The position numbers were made by a program, and so were the translations under genes. Shown here in pieces: positions 48,037 to 54,370 of a stretch of 64,000 bases of DNA. The notes under the pieces were generated by a model. It was given only the letters and a program-made list of their open reading frames with translations. It was not told the DNA's origin and searched no databases. Location of the stretch: NCBI GenBank assembly GCA_024413595.1, contig JAKSUC010000003.1, forward strand, positions 12,307-76,306, read 5' to 3'. Positions within the stretch are counted from its first letter, which is position 1. Every line of letters starts with the position of its first letter. The stretch is from Bacteroidales bacterium. Lineage in GTDB: Bacteria > Bacteroidota > Bacteroidia > Bacteroidales > UBA3824.

Positions 48037-50250
48037 ATGAAGATTAAAACAGTAATATTCGTAATATTTATGATGCTTTTTTCAGTGTCTTGTGAATGGG
48101 ACGACGTGGACGAAGCTAATGAAAGAAATAATAGTACATTACCCAATGGTGATGATATAGAAATAACAGATTCATTACCAGAAATCAAAGTGGCAGTTGT
48201 ATTACCGTTGGATAATAGTTATCGTCCTCGTTTTGAGAGAATTGCAAAATGGGCATTAGATAATATTAAAATAGCAACCAAAGGAATAGAATTTAAAGTT
48301 TCGCCCACAGATTTGTCTGGTATAAAAATCAATATAGAATGGTTTGACGAAAATGTGATAGACGCTGAAGTTTTGGCAAAAGAATTATCATTACGACAAG
48401 ATATTTCTGCAATAATTGGACCTATGTATTCGTCTGATGCACAAATATTTGCTTTAGAATGTGCAAAAACAGAAATGAATATATTATTACCATGTACAAC
48501 ATCTTCAGAAGTTGTAAGAAAATTTTCAAATAAACCTTGGTTTTGGTCTTTTGCAGAAACTGATATTCGACAATGTCAAGTAATGTTAGAAATTGCTAAA
48601 AATTATTGTAATTGCAATAGTATTTCGTTAATAGCGTCAAACTCTTTTTATGGACAAACATTTATGAATTGGTTGCCATTTCAATGTCACGAAAATGGAT
48701 TAAAATTTATTCAAAGTGTTCCGTATGATGGAGATCTTGATAGAGCAACTGCTGAAAAGGTGATGGAACAATCAGTAGATGGACAAGTAATTTTATGTTC
48801 TCCAGGTGAAGTTAGTGATATTCTTACAATTCAAAATGCTGTTAAAAGTAAAAATCCTAAAGGAAAAGTAATTTTTAGTGATATAGCAATGGATCCATCA
48901 TTGCTTGATTATGGAACTCTTTTTGACAATTCGTTAGGAATTGGTATCACAGCAGATGAAAAATCTAATTTCTTAAATGAATATATTTCTAAATATGCAA
49001 CAGAACCAACTGAAGGAGAATTTCAATTTTATGACGCATTAGTTTTAATGTCGTTGGTTGCAGCAGACCTTTATAATCAAGGTTTTTTAGATGCAAAAAC
49101 TGAAAATATTAAAAACTTATCTATCGAAAATTTTTATAATAAAAAAGTTTCTGATGCATTAACAAGAATATTAAAACCAGAAACAATAGACGAATTATTT
49201 TTAACAAAGTGGGAAGATATAAAAAAAATAGTTCAAAATCAAGTTTATAGTATAAGAGGAGCAAGTGGACATCTTGATTTTGATAAACAAAACAATTCAA
49301 CCGTTGCACATTCAACATATCAATTGTGGACAATTAAAGATCGTGGATTTTCTACAATTAAAAGTATAGCCGAAACTCCAATGTCGATTGATGCTTGGGA
49401 ACAAGAAGTAACTAAAATTGAAGAAATTCCAACTTCTGATGTTGATATAACTTATCCAAGTCTTGATGATAAATGGGCACTTTTAATTTCAGGAAGTAAT
49501 CAATGGGTAGACTATCGTTATCAAGCAAATGTTTTGAATGTTTATAATCTTTTAAAAAAACAAGGATATCCTGACGATCACATTATTTTGATTATGGATG
49601 ATAATATTTCAAACAATCCAAACAATATTCATAAAGGAATGATTTTAAGTTATGATGGTGTAAATCTTTATAATAATGTTGAAGTAGATTATAAGTTATC
49701 ATCACTTTCAATATCTGATATTACAAAAATTCTTACAGGTCAAAATTCAGAGCAATTACCAAATGTAATTAATGCAGATAACGATGACAATATTTTTGTA
49801 TATTGGACAGGAAATGGAAGTGAAAACAAACTAAGTTTTGATAAATCATATTTAACAAATCAAGATTTTCTAAATCTTATGACAGAAATGAGTCAAGGTT
49901 CAAAAAAATATCGCAAAATGCTTTGGATGGTAGATGCGTCAAATGCTCAGTCTGTAACCCAAATTCCTGAAAATCAAAATATAGAAGGCGTTCTTTGTGT
50001 AAATTCATCATCAAATAAAGAAACATCTTTGGCAGATCAATGTGATTTTGATGAAACTATGGCAATATATCTATCAACACGTTTTTCAAAAATACTTGTT
50101 GAAGAACTTACAAAATCACCCAACGATACTTATTATAAAATTTATGAAACACTTGCCAAATATACCTCAGGTTCTCATGTAAATATTTCAAATTCAAAGA
50201 ATTTTGACAATTTAAAAAGTGGAACTATTAGTGAGTTTGTGAAATACTAA
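48037..50250 (+). CDS. Lipoprotein: PBP1/ANF-receptor-like ligand-binding domain fused to a legumain-like (peptidase C13 fold) domain lacking the catalytic His and Cys
   Basis: 737 aa with lipoprotein signal (LFSVSC), then acidic EWDDVDE. The N-terminal half shows KVAVVLPLDNS, AIIGPMYSSDAQIFALECA and FAETDIRQ (LivK/ANF-type pattern). The C-terminal half shows WALLISGSNQWVDYRYQANV...NIFVYWTGNGS...YRKMLWMVDASNAQS, colinear with legumain. Confidence 0.72.
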   Translation: MKIKTVIFVIFMMLFSVSCEWDDVDEANERNNSTLPNGDDIEITDSLPEIKVAVVLPLDNSYRPRFERIAKWALDNIKIATKGIEFKVSPTDLSGIKINIEWFDENVIDAEVLAKELSLRQDISAIIGPMYSSDAQIFALECAKTEMNILLPCTTSSEVVRKFSNKPWFWSFAETDIRQCQVMLEIAKNYCNCNSISLIASNSFYGQTFMNWLPFQCHENGLKFIQSVPYDGDLDRATAEKVMEQSVDGQVILCSPGEVSDILTIQNAVKSKNPKGKVIFSDIAMDPSLLDYGTLFDNSLGIGITADEKSNFLNEYISKYATEPTEGEFQFYDALVLMSLVAADLYNQGFLDAKTENIKNLSIENFYNKKVSDALTRILKPETIDELFLTKWEDIKKIVQNQVYSIRGASGHLDFDKQNNSTVAHSTYQLWTIKDRGFSTIKSIAETPMSIDAWEQEVTKIEEIPTSDVDITYPSLDDKWALLISGSNQWVDYRYQANVLNVYNLLKKQGYPDDHIILIMDDNISNNPNNIHKGMILSYDGVNLYNNVEVDYKLSSLSISDITKILTGQNSEQLPNVINADNDDNIFVYWTGNGSENKLSFDKSYLTNQDFLNLMTEMSQGSKKYRKMLWMVDASNAQSVTQIPENQNIEGVLCVNSSSNKETSLADQCDFDETMAIYLSTRFSKILVEELTKSPNDTYYKIYETLAKYTSGSHVNISNSKNFDNLKSGTISEFVKY
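49468..50247 (+). other. Legumain-like (clan CD, C13-type) domain with substituted catalytic dyad
   Basis: Alignment by eye to human legumain. DHVFIYFTDHGS aligns with DNIFVYWTGNGS (His position is the Asn codon 49813-49815). YRKMVFYIEACESGS aligns with YRKMLWMVDASNAQS (Cys position is the Ser codon 49939-49941). Spacing is 42 versus 41 residues. Confidence 0.7.
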
Positions 50251-50251
50251 A

Positions 50252-50291
50252 ATAGTAGTGAGTAGTAAGTAGCAAGTAGTAAGTACGAGTA
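50252..50291. repeat. Five to six tandem heptamers NNAGTAG
   Basis: atagtag tgagtag taagtag caagtag taagtac gagta, immediately after the stop codon at 50248-50250. Confidence 0.8.
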
Positions 50292-50337
50292 TAAATATAC
50301 ATTCTATATGCACCAAATTTGTTATTTCTAACAAAGT

Positions 50338-50384
50338 GAGAAATCTCGGGTTTGATTAATATTCTTATCGGTCCGAGATTTCTC
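50338..50384. terminator. Strong hairpin between convergent genes (possible bidirectional terminator or structured element)
   Basis: gagaaatctcgg (50338-50349) / ccgagatttctc (50373-50384), perfect 12-bp arms with a 23-nt loop. There is no clean U-run, so the terminator role is uncertain. Confidence 0.45.
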
Positions 50385-50444
50385 TTAATTCTTAATTGCC
50401 AAATATTTGTTCCGCTCTTAATTCTTAATTCTTAATTGTTAATT
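50384..50444. repeat. Two blocks of tandem heptamers CTTAATT (x2 and x3 plus GTTAATT)
   Basis: cttaatt at 50384-50390 and 50391-50397. cttaatt at 50417-50423, 50424-50430 and 50431-50437, then gttaatt at 50438-50444, overlapping the stop codon of the flavodoxin-like gene. Confidence 0.8.
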
Positions 50445-51146
50445 ATTTATGCTTTTCCCTAATTCGTAAGCCATTGTCATATATTCAGTACCAGCAACAG
50501 CGCCAGGACGTCCCATAGAAATTGCGGAAATATAACCGCGTTCTGTAGGATTTTCTGTACACATAACAAAACCTCTAAATCCGTTAATACACCATTCGGC
50601 AGTTTCGGTGCTATTTTGGGCACAAGCTGTTATGTAGTAATATTCTTTGTTTCCCATTTTAGGATCGCCCCAAGCAAGAAAAGTTGCATCAATAAAAGTT
50701 TTCATACGGTCGTTTACATTCATGTAATATGTTGGAGAGGCAAGACAAACAACGTCGGCGTCTAAAAATTTGTTGATAATTCTGCCAATTTCGCTTGAGT
50801 CGCGGTTAATTTCTTTAGGTTGATTAGCACCTTGTTCTGAAAGAAAATCAAGATTGTAATCTGCCAAGAAAATCTTTTCTACATTGCCACCAGCTTCGGT
50901 AGCACCTTTAACAAATTCATCGCAAAGTAAGTCGGTATTTCCGCCTTTACGAGGACTTGAACTGATAACAAGAACACGTTTTCCTTCTTTTTTGTTGGTG
51001 GTAGTTTTGCTAATCTTGATACCAGATTGAACAGCTAACGAAGCTGTAATAGATTTACTATCAACATTTTGAGCGTTTTCGCAATTGTTTGCGCATGATG
51101 CCAACAATAATGATGCTGACATAACTAAAAAGAAAATTTTTTTCAT
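50439..51146 (-). CDS. Flavodoxin-like/NADPH-dependent FMN reductase-fold protein with lipoprotein signal peptide
   Basis: 235 aa. N-terminus MKKIFFLVMSASLLLASC (lipobox). KRVLVISSSPRKGGNTDLL and LASPTYYMNV are typical of the FMN_red/flavodoxin_2 fold. Confidence 0.7.
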   Translation of the reverse strand: MKKIFFLVMSASLLLASCANNCENAQNVDSKSITASLAVQSGIKISKTTTNKKEGKRVLVISSSPRKGGNTDLLCDEFVKGATEAGGNVEKIFLADYNLDFLSEQGANQPKEINRDSSEIGRIINKFLDADVVCLASPTYYMNVNDRMKTFIDATFLAWGDPKMGNKEYYYITACAQNSTETAEWCINGFRGFVMCTENPTERGYISAISMGRPGAVAGTEYMTMAYELGKSINN

Positions 51147-51199
51147 GATAAATTATTGAGTTTTTGTTTGTTAGATGGAAGAGTGGAATGATGGTTTAA

Positions 51200-52168
51200 T
51201 TATTTTCTCCTCAAAAAATTAAGTCTTTGTTGATAAGCTCTTAAATATATTTTTTGACATTTTTTTGATAGTAAAGAGTTATTAATAATAGTCTCAATTT
51301 CAATGTAATCTAATAAAAAAGGTTGTATTATTTTGTTGATTTGTTTGTCTGTTAGTCCACATTCTTTTCCAAATATTATGAAATCTTCGGCTGTACTATG
51401 TCCTGTTTTTTCAAAATATTCAGAATGTATAGTTGTTCCAAGACCATTATTCATTGCAAAATCACTATCTTTAATATGCAAAGAAGTACAAAGTAAATCG
51501 TAGGCAGGTGAAAGCGTAATCGAACCGTCTAATTTTCTGATAATTGAAAAATTCTTAGAATGAGCATCTCCATTTGAGAATAAATAATTGAAAATTATAA
51601 TTGATAAAAATTTTTGAATTTCAAAATGCCAAGTAGGTAATATATTTTTCAAACATTTTGCCATATCTAAATATGAACCTTGGTATTTAAAATCACTACC
51701 ATCTTTTTGAGCTGTTTTTCCTAATAAAGAACAAATATCTTCTTGCTGTAATTTTATAAAATCTCCGTTTGTATTATTTTGAATATCAAAACGTTTTACA
51801 ATTAATGCTGGTCTTTTGTCTTGTAATCGAATTAAAGCACAAGGTGCAGTTTTTATACCGAAAATCTTATTAGCAATTTGCATTGTAAGATATTCATTTA
51901 TAGACATTTCATCTCTATATGCTAAATAATCATTTATTGGAGTTGGTTTGATAATAAACGTACTTTGTTCTCCATCTTTAGCAAGTCTCAAAATACCATT
52001 GTCTTCAACTGCAAACATTTTTTCTTGAACACCAGAAATTGAAAAATGTTTTACATGTTGATTAAAATCATTGGGTTTAAAACAGATTTCAGTGTCTGCA
52101 CTTACAAATTTACCATTGAATAAATTTTGTAATTCATCCTTGCTAAATTCTATATGTTCAAGTTTCAT
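51200..52168 (-). CDS. hipT: HipT-like toxin kinase (HipA kinase core lacking N-subdomain 1)
   Basis: 322 aa. FSISGVQEKMF (Gly-rich loop with Ser-Ile-Ser), GNGDAHSKNFSII (catalytic loop), SPAYDLL (Mg-binding Asp). Begins where the preceding 108-aa ORF's homology to HipA ends. Confidence 0.85.
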   Translation of the reverse strand: MKLEHIEFSKDELQNLFNGKFVSADTEICFKPNDFNQHVKHFSISGVQEKMFAVEDNGILRLAKDGEQSTFIIKPTPINDYLAYRDEMSINEYLTMQIANKIFGIKTAPCALIRLQDKRPALIVKRFDIQNNTNGDFIKLQQEDICSLLGKTAQKDGSDFKYQGSYLDMAKCLKNILPTWHFEIQKFLSIIIFNYLFSNGDAHSKNFSIIRKLDGSITLSPAYDLLCTSLHIKDSDFAMNNGLGTTIHSEYFEKTGHSTAEDFIIFGKECGLTDKQINKIIQPFLLDYIEIETIINNSLLSKKCQKIYLRAYQQRLNFLRRK

Positions 52169-52173
52169 AATTA

Positions 52174-52500
52174 TTATTCATTTATAGGAGTAAACGTCAG
52201 AAAACCAATAGTATCATATTGTGCAGTGGCTAGTAAAAGTCCAAAATAATCATCGGGTTCAATGTGAAGAACTTTACATTGTGCTTTTTTGTTACCACCT
52301 TCGCTCAATAAATTAAAAAAACAGGGAAAAAGAACGTCGCAAGTGTATATTTTGTCGCTTAAAGGTAAAGTAAGCGATACAGGCAAAGCGTTCTTTTTTT
52401 CGAGATGCTCTTTGCAATATTCAAAAGTGTACATATTACTTGAAACTTCTTTTAAAATTCCAGCTTTTTGTTTGTTGATATTTACAAATGCTTGTCTCAT
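52174..52500 (-). CDS. hipS: HipS-like protein (stand-alone HipA N-terminal subdomain 1; antitoxin in HipBST systems)
   Basis: 108 aa. NINKQKAGIL...FEY...LPVSLTLPL...FFNLLSEG...DYFGLL...DTIGFLTF is colinear with residues 1-110 of E. coli HipA (NNQRVGEL...FKY...PLSLSLPL...FFDNLLPD...FDLL...DSVGAVTL). Confidence 0.8.
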   Translation of the reverse strand: MRQAFVNINKQKAGILKEVSSNMYTFEYCKEHLEKKNALPVSLTLPLSDKIYTCDVLFPCFFNLLSEGGNKKAQCKVLHIEPDDYFGLLLATAQYDTIGFLTFTPINE

Positions 52501-52501
52501 A

Positions 52502-52729
52502 TTAATTGTTTTTATACATATTTAAATTAGGTTGTTTCTGATTTACAATAATTTCCATACCTAAACAATCCATAATTAAATCAAACATTTGAACAGTAGG
52601 ATTCATTTTTCCTTGTTCAATAAGTTTGATAGAATTGATGCTAACACCAGCAACGTCTGCAAGTTCTTCTTGTGTTACGCCAATTTTTTTTCTTGTTTCT
52701 TTCAATATTTTTCCGCAATCAATAGCCAT
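52502..52729 (-). CDS. hipB: XRE-family HTH protein (HipB-like)
   Basis: 75 aa. ILKETRKKIGVTQEELADVAGVSINSIKLIEQGKMNP is an HTH_3/XRE motif. Its stop codon lies 1 nt from the hipS start. Confidence 0.75.
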   Translation of the reverse strand: MAIDCGKILKETRKKIGVTQEELADVAGVSINSIKLIEQGKMNPTVQMFDLIMDCLGMEIIVNQKQPNLNMYKNN

Positions 52730-52749
52730 TATATTGTTCTTTTTTTATG

Positions 52750-52757
52750 CAAATATA
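52750..52757 (-). promoter_or_regulatory. Bacteroidota -7 promoter motif (TAnnTTTG) for the hipBST operon
   Basis: Plus-strand caaatata is TATATTTG on the minus strand, 21 nt upstream of the ATG at 52729. Confidence 0.45.
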
Positions 52758-52823
52758 CGTTTTTTTGTTTAAAAACAATAAAAAGAATAATATATTGTTC
52801 TTTTATAAAATATTACCAATTTT

Positions 52824-52990
52824 AGCAACTTATAATTAAAATATTGATATATAAGTATATAATATATTCTATTAATAAATATTAATAGAATTAATTTAAA
52901 AAGTTTTTTATATTTTTACTTGTTAATTTATTGATTTTTTGTTTGTTTAAAACAAAAAACGCAATTTAAGACTCCTTAAATTGCGTTTTT
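52824..52990. repeat. Direct repeat copy 1 (about 170 bp, ends in a terminator hairpin)
   Basis: Shares these blocks with copy 2 at 53233-53427, in the same order: agcaacttataattaaaatat, tgatata, attctattaa, acttgttaa, ttattga, aaaaacgcaatttaa and ttaaattgcgttttt. By eye roughly three quarters of positions match, with indels. Confidence 0.75.
52955..52990 (-). terminator. Rho-independent terminator (perfect 16-bp stem)
   Basis: aaaaacgcaatttaag / cttaaattgcgttttt with a 4-nt loop. A- and T-runs on both sides make it potentially bidirectional. It lies downstream of the gene remnant at 53012-53107. Confidence 0.8.
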
Positions 52991-53011
52991 ATTTATTAAT
53001 ATTTATTGGAA

Positions 53012-53107
53012 TTAATTTACAAAAGGGTTAAAACTTTCAAGTTCTTCAATTTCTTTTGCAGTAAGATTTGTTGCTTTTCCTGGTAATTTGTTTTCGTATT
53101 GTTGAAT
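53012..53107 (-). pseudogene. Possible 3' remnant of a lost gene (31 open codons, no start)
   Basis: The minus-strand frame reads IQQYENKLPGKATNLTAKEIEELESFNPFVN then stop (53012-53014), preceded by an in-frame stop at 53108-53110. The composition is less AT-biased than its surroundings, and its own terminator copy follows. Confidence 0.3.
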
Positions 53108-53164
53108 TTATTTTTATCATTATTAAGTATCCTTATCTTATTGACAATCATGATGAAATATAGA

Positions 53165-53237
53165 AAAAACTATTCATTTCAGCAATAAATAAAATTATAA
53201 ATTGCTGAAAACATCTAAAAACTATTCATTTCAGCAA
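53165..53237. repeat. Exact 21-bp direct repeat flanking a 10-bp-stem hairpin
   Basis: aaaaactattcatttcagcaa at 53165-53185 and 53217-53237. Hairpin tttcagcaat (53178-53187) / attgctgaaa (53201-53210). Confidence 0.85.
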
Positions 53238-53427
53238 CTTATAATTAAAATATCGATTATTAAAATATTGATATACAAATAATTAATAAATTCTATTAAC
53301 AAAAATTAACATAGTTTTTCTTGTAATATTTTTAATAAAATTACTTGTTAAATTATTGAATACTTGTTATTTAAATTGATTATTTTAAATAAAAAACGCA
53401 ATTTAATAAATCTTAAATTGCGTTTTT
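53233..53427. repeat. Direct repeat copy 2 (about 195 bp, ends in a terminator hairpin)
   Basis: See copy 1. Contains an internal duplication (taaaatat...taaaatat) relative to copy 1. Confidence 0.75.
53392..53427 (-). terminator. Rho-independent terminator of the 56934-53445 operon
   Basis: aaaaacgcaatttaa / ttaaattgcgttttt 15-bp stem with a 6-nt loop, 18 nt after the stop at 53445. A U-run follows on the minus-strand RNA. Confidence 0.8.
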
Positions 53428-53444
53428 GTTATTAGTTTTGAAAG

Positions 53445-54365
53445 TTACAATTTGGTTATTTGCCCTTCGTAACAATCTATTTTATAGAGTATTTTGTTGT
53501 TTTTAATTCGTTTTAAAAGTTGAAGCATTATAAAATGGTTGTCAAAGTTTTCAGGGTTGGTAATTTCACTCCATAATCCAGTACAACAATTATTATTTAT
53601 AGTATCTTTGTTGATTGTAAAGATTGGAAATTCAGGATATGTAATTCCATTTTCGTCAACAAATTTTAGTAAATATTGTTCGCAATTGTTTGATTGTGAA
53701 ATATTAACTGAATTTATATATATATATTCATAGGTAGTATTTGTAACAGATTTATTAGGTATTTTATCGCATATAGAAAATGATAATATACCATTTCCTT
53801 GATATTGATTAATTTCTATTGGTTCATTTTCTTTAATTCCTGTAGACAAAAATTCTTGTAAATATACAGTTAAACTAAAATCAGAAAAAATAAAACCTAA
53901 AACAACAATTAATATAGCACCTAAAGTAGAATATTTAAAAATATTTTCAGCTTTTTCTAAAATATTATTTTTTTCGTTAGCAGTTTTAGAAACTAACGAA
54001 ACCATATCTTTACAATATTGTTGAACGTCAGGATAATCTTTAGATTTTATGTCTAAATTTTCTAATTTTTGATTAATAATATTTTTTTCGCTTTGGATAT
54101 CCGGTTCATCTAAATCATTATTTATAGCTTTTTTAAAACCAATAATAATTAGAGCAGGACCACCAAACCATCCCACCAAAAGCGATGCGTCTGAAATCAA
54201 AAATGCAGGTAATCCTAAAAATAATATGCCTACAATAATTATTATGACTGAAATTTTATGTTGTACAATTTCGCCCCAATTGTTTGGATACAAATTTGTA
54301 AATTTTGAAATCAAATTTGTAATATTTATTGAAATATCTTGAAATTCTTTTTTAGTTAAAGCCAT
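53445..54365 (-). CDS. Hypothetical membrane protein (three predicted TM helices, C-terminal extracytoplasmic domain)
   Basis: 306 aa. Hydrophobic segments ISVIIIIVGILFLGLPAFLI, LLVGWFGGPALIIIGF and LGAILIVVLGFIF. Cys-rich C-terminal ~140 aa. No recognised motif. Third gene of the operon (5-nt gap). Confidence 0.6.
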   Translation of the reverse strand: MALTKKEFQDISINITNLISKFTNLYPNNWGEIVQHKISVIIIIVGILFLGLPAFLISDASLLVGWFGGPALIIIGFKKAINNDLDEPDIQSEKNIINQKLENLDIKSKDYPDVQQYCKDMVSLVSKTANEKNNILEKAENIFKYSTLGAILIVVLGFIFSDFSLTVYLQEFLSTGIKENEPIEINQYQGNGILSFSICDKIPNKSVTNTTYEYIYINSVNISQSNNCEQYLLKFVDENGITYPEFPIFTINKDTINNNCCTGLWSEITNPENFDNHFIMLQLLKRIKNNKILYKIDCYEGQITKL

Positions 54366-54370
54366 GATTA

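Noticed and set aside
45146-50250. SusC/SusD-type PUL pair
   Set aside because: The receptor has the right general architecture, but the downstream lipoprotein shows no SusD/RagB-like TPR pattern. Instead it has PBP1-like and legumain-like regions. No glycoside hydrolases are adjacent.
50252-50444. CRISPR array or other spacer-repeat structure
   Set aside because: The repeats are contiguous 7-bp units without spacers, and no cas genes are in the window.
51200-52500. Possibility that hipS + hipT are a frameshifted hipA pseudogene
   Set aside because: The split falls exactly at the HipA N-subdomain 1 boundary. Each part has its own ATG and a clean stop, no homologous residues are lost at the junction, and an HTH gene precedes them in the HipBST order. 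It remains testable by comparison with relatives.
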